NCBI GenBank assembly: GCA_951406725.2
Contig: OX597838.1
Coordinates: 1,054,001-1,118,000, forward strand
Direction: 5' to 3'
DNA length: 64,000 nt
From: Octopus vulgaris
Taxonomy: Eukaryota
Below the pieces are notes generated by a model, which saw only the letters and a program-made list of their open reading frames with translations, had not been told where the DNA came from and searched no databases. Shown here one piece after another: positions 1 to 12,032 of this stretch (positions are counted from its first letter, which is position 1; every line of letters begins with the position of its first letter). Position numbers and translations under genes: made by a program.

Positions 1-18
1 CACACACACACACACACG

Positions 19-175
19 CAATGGGCTTCTTTCGGTTTCTGTCTACCAAATCCACTCACAATGCTTTGGTCTGTCTGCAGCTATAGAAGACACTTGTCCA
101 AGGTGCCACACAGTGGGACTGAACCTCGAACCATGTGGTTGGGAAGCAAGCTTCTTGCCACACAGCCATGCCTGC
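19..175 (-). mobile_element. tRNA-derived SINE family A (head)
   Basis: Reverse complement of the head ggctgtgtggtaagaagcttgcttcccaaccacatggttc...gaaactgaaagaagccc, which recurs more than 12 times in the window. Confidence 0.8.
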
Positions 176-2866
176 ACCTATATATATTGTGTTTCTATAT
201 GTGTCTGTGTGGCCATGTACATGGAATGCTGTTGCTCATTCATAAAGGAGCTTCTGTAGACAGCTGCAGGTTACCATAGCAACTGATTTTCTTTTAATGT
301 TAGCCAGCAGAGGATATTTTTACCCCTAACTTTTGAGTTGCAGGATCCCCCCCCCCCGTTGCATTCTAGTAAGGTTGGTTGCAGCTGATGTTGTGTCTTA
401 AAGCTTACAACAGGGTCAACTGGTGACAGTGGAGATGGAGGCACCCTGCTACCTTACAGTTGTAAAATATTTAGGGTTTCCATTGCTATTTTTTAAAATC
501 CGTCTGGTCCCTCCCCACTCACCCACCAATCATTTTCATGTCATATTTATTATGGCAGGAAATAATTATAGACCAACATGTTAATTATTTTAATAGTCAA
601 TGTTTTTAGTTTCCTGTCAGTTTTTTTTTTAATGTTAAATATAAACTGTTCAGGTGACCTGAGGTGTCTGTCTGTCTGTCCTGTCTTTGTACCTGTTTCA
701 CATTAAACATTGTACAAACATCCACAGAAATCTCTAAACCCCTCTCCCCCCCACACTCACATGTTAATAATATGATGTGCTAATGTAACCCTGCTCCACC
801 CACTCCATACACCTATGAAGGAAGGGCAATCATCCATTGCCCTTCCCAGCCCTGTCCTTCTCTGACCAAAGTGCAACTTGATCCTGCTGAAGCTTACCCA
901 GATTTCTGAGGTATTTGGATGATTGGTAGTATAAGTGGTTTTGTGTGTCCCTGGGTTAATCCTGGGTGGAAGTAAATGATCAGCAGCATTCTAGCCATGA
1001 CCATCCTGTATTTTTGATTATCCAAGACTACATTATACAGTGTGATCTGCCAATAAATCAATAGCATGTGCTTTGAGAGCTATTTGGCTGTTATTTCTAG
1101 CAAGTCGAGTGACTATAGAGAGGCTCCCTTGGCTTCCAAAGATTTATCAAGATGAGAAGTGGGGAGGACTTGGGCTCATTAGTAAACCCCACCCTAAATG
1201 TTTGTTGAGACCATGTCCACCATTTCTGTCAACCAACTGGACACAATACACCACCACCACCACCCCTCTCTACACTGCCATCCCTTGGCTACACCCTTAC
1301 CTCCTTAACCCGATCCAAAATTTGATCCCTTGTCTGGTGTTTCACATCTGCTGATGACACACTGAAAGTTAGTCCAGAAACAACCCTGAACCATTCAACT
1401 ATTAGACATTGTCTGCTAATTTTACGGTTCTGCTTTCAATTCTTGCCCGTGTTGACCTCACAAACTCCCTCCTCCCCCTCTTTCTGTTATCTAATAAGTA
1501 CCAGTAATTCACTCGGTCAAACACTAGGCACTAATGGCTCTTCCCTCAACTGTTTTGTTGGCAGCATCCATACCTTATAAGGTAAGTAAGGTGATGAGGG
1601 AGGGAGGCTGTAATCTGAAATAAAGTGTGAGACCCTAGGATCTTTGAAGGCTCACCTTGACTTAAACTACCCCTTTTTTTTTTTAATAGAAGACCCACCC
1701 ACTCTACCCCTCCCCTATCACCACTTGATTCTATTGTAATAATGCTGATAATTATGATGATGATACCATAGATAGGGGTGGGGGTGGGGGCAGGCACAGT
1801 ATGGAGCTGTGTTAAATCTTGTTCTGAGTTCAAGTCCTACACAAGTCAGCTTTGCTTTCATCCTTCTGGGGATTGATAAAATGTGTACCAGTCAAATACT
1901 GGGGGTGTTAAATCAACTATAAATCTCCACCCCCACCCCCTCCCAGATTTGTCACTTTGTGTCACTTTAAGGAATCTTGGGTTTTATGGTAATGATGAGG
2001 AGGAGGAAGAGGACTACTTTTTTTTTTTTCATTTATTTCCTCTTTCATTTATATTTTTTGCATTTTTTTTTCCAATATTGCAGACTGTTCCATTTTGAAG
2101 TAGTCTTTGGTAAAAATCTAGGCTGGCTTCAACTGTGATTGGGATGGATGGGAACAAAGACACAGTGGAGATTTGTGAGGCGGGTCTCTCTGGTAAGGCC
2201 CTCTCTTTCTCAATCTCAATGTCTCCCCTTGTAGAATACCAGGCTCAGTACCGACCCAAAACACACACACACACATACACGTCCCTAGTATTGACACACA
2301 TGCATGCACACTCACACTCACACGTGCCACACCCAACAAGCATTCTCTTCACACACACACACACACACACACAGCAATGTTCCCTGCTACACCACAACCA
2401 ACACCATTCCCTGCACACATCAAAGTCCCATCGTCACACACACACACACCAATATCCCACTCTTGTACAAAACTCAGAACTGTCCTTGTAAACACATCGG
2501 TGCGCACACACACACACATCATAATCCACAGAGAGTCTCCATTCTCGTGCTTTTTTAACACTACACGACCCCTAATTATCATCTCCCCCCACCACCACCA
2601 CCTGTATCGTTACAAGGTGGGAGGTAATACTCACTATCCTGTACTTCCCTCTATTGACTAATGGCCAACACCCTACTGTTATAGTGTTGATCCCCCTGGT
2701 GATAATGCATGTGGATGTCGTTGATAATGTTGGTAAAATTGTTAATAATGTATGCAGCAGTCGTGATAATGTTGGTAGCATTATTTGGAATGATGATGAT
2801 AATGTTGTGATGGTGACGATAACATTGGTATCGTTTTATGTAATGATGATGTATGCAATATTTCAG

Positions 2867-2969
2867 ATCTGAGGCGGCAGGCCCGTCAATTAGAAAATGA
2901 GATTGACCTCAAGTTGGTTTCCTTCAGTAAACTTGGTACCAGTTACACAAGCCAGAGGGAGTTTGTTGG
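2867..2969 (+). CDS. GOSR1: GOSR1 (GS28 Golgi SNARE) coding exon, first one visible in the window
   Basis: tttcag|AT...GG|gtaagt; encodes (D)LRRQARQLENEIDLKLVSFSKLGTSYTSQREFV(G), matching the GS28 N-terminus DLRKQARQLENELDLKLVSFSKL. Confidence 0.93.
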
Positions 2970-3117
2970 GTAAGTAGAAAAGACAAATAAATCTCTTTCT
3001 CTCCGTGTGTGTATGAATGGATGTATAATTTCTTTTTCATTCTATTTCTGCCTCAAAGCAGTTAATATCCTATTCTCTTGTTTTCCAAATTATTTTCAAG
3101 ATTTCTCTTAAAATCAA

Positions 3118-3335
3118 AGTGGTAAGCTGACAGAATCGTTAGCACACCAGACAAAATGCTTAGCGGCATTTCATCCGTCTTTACATTCTAATTTCAAATT
3201 CCACTGAGGTTGACTTTGCTTTTCATCCTTTTGGGGTTGATAAAATAAGTACTTGTTGGACACTGGGGTCGATATAATTGACTCATTCCCCACCTCCCTG
3301 TCATTGCTGGCCTTGTGCCAGAAATTGAAACTAAT
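3118..3335 (+). mobile_element. tRNA-derived SINE family B
   Basis: agctgacagaatcgttagcac...ttcaaattcc...ctttcatccttttggggttgataaaataagtac; many other copies (e.g. 21650-21842 minus, 22505-22650, 37195-37385). Confidence 0.8.
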
Positions 3336-3574
3336 ATTTCTCTTAAAATCTCCAGGTAATGTATGGGTTAAGGCATCAGAAGTCCAGCTTAGTTTTCCCT
3401 GACTCTCTCCCAAAGGCTGACCATCTCTTTGAGAACCTGAAAATATTCCAGTTAAGACCCACAATGGTGACAGTGCTGCTGGCTGCTACCCACCCAGGCA
3501 TCGGTGACTCTATCTAGAGAAAGACTGACTGCTATGAAGTGACTCTCCAACTTCTGGCTCTCACATATGATTGT

Positions 3575-3978
3575 TCTCTTTCATCTTTTAACTTCAGTCA
3601 TTAGACTGCGACCATGCTGGGGCACAGCCTTGATAATTCTTTAGTCGAATGTTTCAATTATTGTTTTAAAGCCTGGTACTTATTCTGTCAGTCTCTTTTG
3701 CTGAACCACTAAGTTACAGGGACATAACCACACCAGCACCTGTTGTCAAGCAGTGGTGGGTGGACAAACGCACACACATAGGTATATACACATATAAATA
3801 TATATGTGTATATATACATACAACAGACTTTGGTCAAGTTTCTCTTGACCAAATCCACTCATAAGGCTTTGGTCAGCCTGCAGATATAGTAGAAGACATT
3901 TGCCCAAAGTGCCATGCAGTGGGACTGAACCTGGGACCATGTGGTTGTGAAGCAAGCTTCTTACCCCCACAGCCATGC
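3575..3978 (-). mobile_element. SINE family A, full length (head, microsatellite, tail)
   Basis: Same architecture as 28918-29285 and 30665-31075. Confidence 0.8.
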
Positions 3979-5109
3979 CGATGTCTCATTTCCTCAGACT
4001 TTTCTACTTGACCAAGGCTGAGTCCTTTGTCCTCTGCAAGGGACATATTATACACGGACTGTAATTAGATGTGAACTTATGACCATGCAGTCAGCCGTCC
4101 AGCACCGAATATGTTTGAAGCTACATCATAGGGGAAACCCCGAGTAACAGCAGACGGCCCTGACAAACCAGCATTTCCATGTTCAAACTGACCTGATCTG
4201 GCCTCTGTCATCTACTCTATAAATAAGCAATTACAACATCAAAATCTCAAAGGTTCATGATTAATTGCAAACGATGCAAATGAAGAAGCACTGCATTTGA
4301 TGAGATAACCTGAATGGCAAACGCTTAATGAATATCTTTTGATGAACCAGTGTCTGTTATTTCTGTAGTTCATCTGTAGATCTTTCTGAATACCATTAAC
4401 CATTTTGTTACCATTGTTTGGTTGCAAATACGCTGCCTTTGTTTCAATTAATTCTTAAAATATCAAAGAATTTAGTAAAATAACTTTGTCCTTATTAATC
4501 TGGTGATTGGAACATTAATCAGCCTGAAATCTTGACGGAAGGTTTTAATTTGGATCACTTCAAAAGAGCCTGGCTCAAAGAACCAGAGGCTGTCTCAGGT
4601 GGGCGGCTATCAAAAGGATCAATTCATATATATGTAGTGGTTAGGGTGTTGCACTCACAATCACAAGATATTGGTTTCAATTCCTAGACCCGGTGGTGCG
4701 TTAACTTTTTGAACAAAATACTTCGTCTCATGTTGCTCTGTGGTCACTTTTGACACCTGACATGTGGCACACCATGCATTTGTTCGGGCAACGTCAATTT
4801 GATGGAGCCACATACATTCAATCACTATAAACATTTGTGCAGGTTGTTTGACAAAGTGCTGAGGAAGTCCATCACACACACAGCCCTGGTCTCCTTCTAC
4901 ATATATATCACATGGCCATTTGTATTAAATGCCTTGACTACTGAGTATTGTGTACCTGTGTATGTTGTTTCATAAGTGTCGTGAGTAGAACCGTAAGCTT
5001 TTCCATATCTAATGAGGATCTTGAACTCTTGTATTAGTGCTCACCAACCAGGAAACCAGACCAGCAGCAGGTAGAGTTTTAAAATATTTCTGCTTTGTTC
5101 TCTTTTTAT

Positions 5110-6440
5110 ATGGCATGGTGGTCTATGTCAGTGGTGGTGGTGGTGGTGTGTCTGTGAACCCAATTATTCTGTGATGGTGGAATGTGTCAGAGAGCCCTAT
5201 GTTGGTGATGTGTGGACTCAAGTATTATGTGAGAGTGATGGTCTGTGTATAGACCCTTTTGGTCTCTGGACCCTAATATGTGATGGTAGTTATTAGGCCC
5301 TGATATTGTCATGATCATGATCTGTCATTGGACCCTACTATTTTGGTGTTAGTCTGCTAGTGAGCCCTTATGTTGTATGATAGCAGTGATAATTTATAAA
5401 TGGACCCAAATACCAGGTGATGGTGGTGGTGGTGGTGGTGGCTGGTCTGTGGGCCTTATTTATGGGCCCAACTATTGTGTCTGGCTGTTGGCCTGTAGAC
5501 CCTAATATTGTGAGGAACTGATGTTTGTGGGGCTGGTCTGTCTGTGGACCTTGATATTTAATATTGTGTAGGGTTGCTCTGTGTCAGAAGACCTTAATGT
5601 TTCGTCATCATCCTTTAACGTTCATTTCCCATGCTGGCAGGGGTTGAACGGTTTGACCACAGCTGGCAGGCTGGATGCCCTTGCTCATGCCAACCACTTT
5701 ACAGTGTGCATTGAGTGCTTTTACATGGAACCAGCACAAGTGCTTTCTATGTGGCATCGGCACGGGCCTCTCACAGGCCAATCCCCTTCACCGGAAGATG
5801 CTGCCTTAACACTTTTGCTGTGAAGGACAGGTCTTCTTGAGTACAGCAAAGGTATCGACTATCTCAGGCCTTTGTCATCTCATCCAAAACGTTCAGCATT
5901 CCGAGGTTGTCTTTCATCCTTTGTTTTCCTGAGTCTCCTTCTTCAGCGAGTTCCATCCACTTTGAGTGACTGGCACTTCTTTATAGAGCTGTCGGCCTCC
6001 ATTCACATGGGAGTGGTAATCATCTTGTGGACCCTAAATTTGGATGATGGCACTTTCTGTTTACTGGAGGATTTTGGTAGTGATGATCTGTCCAGTGAAC
6101 CCTAATGTATGGGGTTGATAATCTGCCTGAACCCTAATATTTGTTGTGGTGTCCAGTCAGTGTACCCTAATATTGTGTGATTATAATCTGTTTTAATAGT
6201 CCCTAATATTGTGTTGGGTAATTAGTGTGGACCCTAATATTGTATTTTGTTAGTGGGACTGTCTGAATCTCAATGTTGTGATGAAGGCCTGTCAGTGAAC
6301 CTTTATATTGTCTGGTGGTGATGGACCCTAATGTTGTGTTGTAGTAATCTGTGCCAGTGGACCCAAATCTTGAGTGGTGGTCTGTGTCTGGATCCTAATA
6401 GTGTGTGATAGTAGTCAATGTCACTGAGCCTTAATATTTG
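5110..6440. repeat. Degenerate ~35-bp minisatellite interrupted by a retroposon fragment (~5600-6010)
   Basis: Recurring ggtctgtcagtggaccctaatattgtgtga core, more than 20 diverged units. Confidence 0.75.
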
Positions 6441-6772
6441 CTGGTGGTGGTGGTGGTATTAAATGACTCCCTATTCTTCTCCCAAACACTACCCAATATT
6501 ACATCTCCCTATCCCCACCAATCACCACCTCACCAGGACCCTATCTCTTACCCTGTTGCATGTTCCTCCTACCCAATGTGTTCTCCTTAGTCCTTTGTTT
6601 CTGTCAACAGACTGGGATTCTATCCAATTGTGGTCGTTTTTATTCCTTTTTAAATTGATAAACTTTCATGTTGAGATGACAGTGACATCACACTCAACAG
6701 AAAGTGATGTCCCTCTTGTATTTATGGAATAACTCATATTTTCTTTTTCTCCTACAGTTCGTAATCATCTTG

Positions 6773-6837
<65 letters not shown>

Positions 6838-7026
6838 GTATGTATATGACAATATTTTATTGTATGTGATGGTGATATTGCTATTGTGTATAGTCTGTAC
6901 CTTTTCTTGAAGACAAAGCTATATATATATATATGAATAAAGAGTGTTGCAGTTCTCTTGGAGCATTATAGTGCAAAAGTAGAATAATGAATGAAACAAG
7001 GAAAGCTTCCAACAGTGCAAAAATAA

Positions 7027-7533
7027 TACGAGGCGGAGTCAAAAAGTAATGCCATTTTGTTTTAGGTCAGGTATAATTACCAACACAGGAACATGTATCA
7101 TACATCAAAATGAAGCTGGCCCTCTGTGGATCACATCCCTGCTTCTCAACATAGTCACCGTTTCTCTCAATAACAATGTTCCACCTTCGAATGAAAGCAT
7201 GTATCCCTGCCCCGTAAAATTCTGTTGACTGTTCTTTGAGCCACTTCTTCACTACAGTTTTCACTTCATCGTCAACAGATTTACCGCCTTCAGACTATCA
7301 TCTCTTCGACCCCATGAAAGACGGTTTGAGAGGCAAACATTATTCCAGTGAGGAGGGAGTGAAGAAGTGGCTCAAAGAACAGTCAACAGAATTTTACGGG
7401 GCAGGGATACATGCTTTCATTCGAAGGTGGAACATTGCTATTTAAAGAAACGGTGACTATGCTTTTGAGAAGTAGGGATGTGATCCACAGAGGACCAGCT
7501 TCATTTTGATGTATGATACATGTTCCTGTGTTG
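7027..7533. mobile_element. mariner (DD34D) 3' remnant arranged as a fold-back
   Basis: DLPPSDYHLF...LRGKHY...VKKWL...FY..GI...RW transposase C-terminus encoded on both strands; TIR-like TACGAGGCGGAGTCAAAAAGTAA at 7027. Confidence 0.85.
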
Positions 7534-8421
7534 GAACATGTATCAGAAGGGTCAGAGAAGTGTGTCTATGTAGATCTTGCCATTTGGATAACCAGACGGG
7601 CTTCTTAGAAGCTTTCCTCATTTCATTTATTACTCTATACATACGTATATATACACATCCATATCATTTGGGTTGAGTCAGCCCCTCTGGCTATGCTGAG
7701 TTTCACCTGGAGCCACTATGCAGCTTCGACAGTAATAATGATATTCATAATGTATCGTAATATTTACTCTATATTGTACCTTGCTGTATAAAGCATATTA
7801 TATACCCAGTAGTTGTATGTGTGTATGTATACATATATATATATATATATAATGTATGTGTGTATATATACACACACAAAGCCTGGTGTGTATGTGTATA
7901 TATATACATACGCACACACACACATATATCATCATCATCATCGTTTAACGTCCGATATATGTATATATAAGTACCAGTTGAGTACTGGGGTCAATGCAAT
8001 TGACTTATCCCCTCCTGCAAAATTCCTGGGGAGGCGATATTATTTTTGAGAGAGAAAGCAGTGCATTCCATCAAAGTGACATTGGGGTAAAATGTATGAA
8101 AGCCTGGCATCAGGACATTTTTTATTATTATTTTTATTATTAGGGTGTTGGATTGGCTGAGGTGATTTTGAGTATCTAAGAAATTGTCTTTTTACAACAC
8201 TTTGTTCTGAGCTCAAATCTTACTAAAGTCTGTCATCTTCCCAGGGTTGATCAAATAAAATACCTGTCACATACTGGGGTTGACTGAGTGATTCTTTACT
8301 TGTGTGTGTCCTTGTGTCTAAATTAGAAATACATATCATGAATGTATGTATGTATTATATGTGTATATGTGTGTGTATATAGATATATATATATATATGT
8401 ATATTGTCTGTATCTCCTCAG

Positions 8422-8509
8422 CAGCGACACAGTCCCTTTGCTCAACAAGACCAACAGTGACCACATGTTTGAGACAATGACCATGGAACTAGAGCAGTTA
8501 ATGGCAAAG
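8422..8509 (+). CDS. GOSR1: GOSR1 coding exon (CAGCAG tandem acceptor)
   Basis: ctcag|C AGC GAC...GCA AAG|gtcagt; SDTVPLLNKTNSDHMFETMTMELEQLMAK; phase fits both neighbours. Confidence 0.92.
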
Positions 8510-8881
8510 GTCAGTACGTGTTGATTGTTTTCATTTGGTTTTCGTGGGATGAAATCATTGATGGGAAAGAACCATCATGCTAATGTTTGATCATCAGGTC
8601 AGCGTTGATCCGCTAGATCTATGACCAAAGACACTCCAACCATGGCCGTCACATTTAGATTCACCAAGACTACATTATTGAATATGTCCTTCTTTTCTGT
8701 TTTACTTTTAGAGTATGTGGAAGATTTGGCTGCTATTTCTAACATGTAGAAGTAGTTTAATGTGGTTGTTGAGATAGTGGGGTGGGAAGATACATCATAG
8801 ATGCTGCAGCTGGGCCATTGGTATCAGTTTTGTTGCTTATAACGACCAAATGCTTTGCTAACGATGATGTTGCTTTTGCAG

Positions 8882-9081
8882 CTGACTGAAGTGAATGACC
8901 TGTTGGCAGAATATACCCAGAATTTCAGTTTGAGCTCCCCGAGTGCCACCTTGCTGCACACCCTACAGAGACACAGGGACATTCTTCAGAATTACTCTCG
9001 GGAATTCCAGAAGACCAAAGCCAATATAACGGCTCTGAAGGAGAGAGACGACCTCTTGGGGTCAGTTCATCGAGATATCAA
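8882..9081 (+). CDS. GOSR1: GOSR1 coding exon
   Basis: ttgcag|CTG...ATC AA|gtaagt; LTEVND...LHTLQRHRDILQNYSREFQKTKANI...LLGSVHRDI, with the GS28 motif HTLQRHRDIL. Confidence 0.95.
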
Positions 9082-9300
9082 GTAAGTCACTTCAGTTGTA
9101 TGTCTCACACACACATTTACATACCCTCTTCCTCTCTCCCTCCCCCCTCTCTCCTCTCTCTCTCTCTCTCCCTCCTTCCCTCCTTTGTTTTCATTGAATT
9201 GTGTTGATGACATCATTGGTTGACCTGGGTCCGTACATTTTGATATTTTGCTTTAAGGTTTCATGGCTGAATGTTATTGTTTGAGTTTTTGATAAAATGT

Positions 9301-9331
<31 letters not shown>

Positions 9332-9399
9332 TTATGTAAAAATGTAAAAACAAATGATAAAAACAATGTTTCAGTCTTATTAGGTCTGCTCAGCAAATG

Positions 9400-9454
<55 letters not shown>

Positions 9455-10103
9455 GCAAACACTTGACCAAATTTCTACAGTGGAATTCAGTGCTCTCACC
9501 ACCTTGTGCCACCTTGGTCAAGTGTTTTCAACTCTGTCCTTGGGCCACACAAAGCCATGTGAGTGGATTTTGTAGATGGAAATTGTAAGAAGCCTCTAGT
9601 GGTGTCTCCTTGTTTTCGTATTGCATGATAATTGTAAACAAGTGTCCCCTTCATACAACTGGGGTCCTTTCTTTTCCAGTCTTTTGTAAAATCACATTTT
9701 TGGCCTTGAAGAAATATTTCCTTGTTTGAAAACAGGTGAGAGTGGGAGACAGGAAAGGCATCCAGCTGTAGAGAATCTGCCTCAGTGAATTCTGTCTGAT
9801 TCCTACCAGCATGACAAAGTGGCAGTTGCACTGATGGCAATGACATGTAGTGATGTTCACTCTATGGCTCGGAGCAAACGTAGATCCACCTCTGTTTTCT
9901 GTCCTTCGTTTGTGATTATAAATTCACTTAGAGGAAGCTTTTGTCTACTAATTGCTTTGATAATGTTTACACTGTAGACATGAAGGTGACGTTAGTTTAA
10001 TGATTGTGCTGTTGGTATCTAGTATAAACAGTAATATTGGTGGTGGTGGTGGTGGCAGGGTTGATATATAAAATCTTTTTATTCTTGCTTTTTTATATTT
10101 CAG

Positions 10104-10175
10104 TGCCTACAAAAACTCGTCAGGCCTCAACAGAAGAACAGATCTTTATTTAAAAGAACACGAACACATCCGAAA
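10104..10175 (+). CDS. GOSR1: GOSR1 coding exon
   Basis: tttcag|T...CGA AA|gtaaga; AYKNSSGLNRRTDLYLKEHEHIR. Confidence 0.93.
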
Positions 10176-10624
10176 GTAAGACACATTATTGTTATTCTTG
10201 TTGTGTGAAGAGAGTAGTGCATGTCACCAAAGTGACCCTGGGGTACAAACATACAATGCCCAATATATCCATCCCAGCTACCTGTCTGATAAGGGTACAC
10301 CAGGCATGTGTGTGACATGGTGATCTCGTATCAAGATAAACAGCGCATGACCTTGTAGGTGGGGCCCGGTTAGAATTTTCTTCAGGTTGAGTAGTCCATC
10401 CCACTCAAAAGGTCCCTGAATAAAGGGTTATTTAAGAATGTTGGAGGAAACATCCATGTTTCCAGAGGTGAATTATTCAAACATCAAAGAATCCCTCTCA
10501 ACAAATGGCTGCTGCTGCTGGTGGCGATGACGTCGTCGTCGATGTCTTTTTGATAGTTGTGACATTGTTGACCTCTGACCCTGTATTCCCCACCCTTTTC
10601 ATTTCTTTTTGTTTTATTTTTCAG

Positions 10625-10654
10625 TTCAGAAAGATTGGTGGATGAACAGATTAG
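10625..10654 (+). CDS. GOSR1: GOSR1 30-nt microexon
   Basis: long pyrimidine tract, ttcag|T TCA GAA...ATT AG|gtgaga; SERLVDEQI(S), start of the SNARE motif. Confidence 0.9.
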
Positions 10655-10767
10655 GTGAGATTATCCCCTCATTTCTTGTCAATAAACAGATTACTGCTTT
10701 GCATTCCGATATAGCTGACTCAATAATCTGGAAAAAAAAATTTTAATATTTTTTGTTTAATTTACAG

Positions 10768-10850
10768 CGTTGCTATGGCAACCAAAGAAAACTTGTACGT
10801 GCAGAAAAATATGCTGATGTCCATAACACAGACAATGAACTCGTTTGCAA
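10768..10850 (+). CDS. GOSR1: GOSR1 coding exon
   Basis: ttacag|C...GCA A|gtatcctt; VAMATKENLYVQKNMLMSITQTMNSFA. Confidence 0.93.
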
Positions 10851-11907
10851 GTATCCTTTATGGCTGCACATTAATGTGCAATATTTTAATATATGCAGGG
10901 TGTTATTGGGTGCACAGGGAGGAGATGGGGGTCAGTAGAGGAATGTTTTTCACTCTTTGGTCTTTTTATATTTTTGAGTTCAAACCCCACCCGAGTAGTC
11001 CCTCTCTATTAACACCATTTGGTGTAAGGTTTTGACATGGACTGAGGAGCATTCAGCCACCATGCATCTTTCCTATAAATTCTTGGTTTTGTACCAAACT
11101 TGGAAATAATTATCATCATTATTGATGTTACACATCATCATCTTCATTATTCATCCTTTCGGGGTCAATATTTACTCAACTGACCCCTTCCATGAAATTT
11201 CAGACCTTGTGCCTTTAGCAGAAAGGATTATTATTAAGGTGCTGATGTCAGGTAAAAAGCACCTGTTGTTGGTACTCTAAAGTGGTTGGCATTAGGAAGG
11301 ACGTCCAGCCATAGAAACCCTGGCAAAACAGACAAAGGGGCCAGGTGCAGTCCCTGTCCTTGCCACTTCTTCTCAAACCGTCCGACCCATGCTAGCATGG
11401 AAAGCGGACGTTAAACGATGACGATGATAGTAAACTGACAGAATTTGTTTGTGGATTGGACAAAATGCTTTATGGCATTTCTTGTGGCTCTCAATGATCC
11501 GAGTTCAAATTCCACTGATGTCAACTTTTGTCTTTCATCCTTTGGGAAATGCAGAAAAAAAAATTGAAATTATCACAAGATTAATTTAACATTTTTTTTT
11601 CTTTATATCTTTGGTGTTTGTTTTTTTTCTTTTCTTTTATAATATAATCAAGTTGTTGAATAAATTTTATCCCAAGACAAAATACTAATGAACGGGTATC
11701 AAAGACGGAGATGAGGTTAGACTATTAAATGCTTGAAACTAGATTTAACAGACTTATTTAAAGTTATGTTCTAAAGTTTCACCTCTCCCCGCGTCCTTCA
11801 CCAACACACAGCCCCACAAATATTTCATCTCCTTTATTTTTGTCTTTGCGTCTTTTCATGAATGTTGTGTATTACCGCAGTTATGTCCCCTTGACTCGTC
11901 TCTTCAG
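10851..11907 (+). other. GOSR1: U12-type (minor spliceosome) GT-AG intron of GOSR1
   Basis: 5' splice site GTATCCTTT (U12 consensus RTATCCTTT); branch-site-like TCCCCTTGAC at 11886-11895 with the A 13 nt before the intron end; joins exons in frame. Confidence 0.9.
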
Positions 11908-12032
11908 ATCGGTTCCCCGCCATCAACAGCCTTATGCAACGAGTCAACATTCGCAAACGACGCGACTCCATTATCCTGGCGTCTGTGATATCCGGTTGTA
12001 TCATACTAATGATTCTCTATGCGCTCCATTAG
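11908..12032 (+). CDS. GOSR1: GOSR1 terminal coding exon with tail anchor
   Basis: ttcag|AT CGG...CAT TAG; (N)RFPAINSLMQRVNIRKRRDSIILASVISGCIILMILYALH*, the GS28 C-terminus with transmembrane helix. Confidence 0.95.

Noticed and set aside
1-2866. GOSR1 first coding exon
   Set aside because: No ATG...WE-encoding exon with a donor was found; it probably lies upstream of the window
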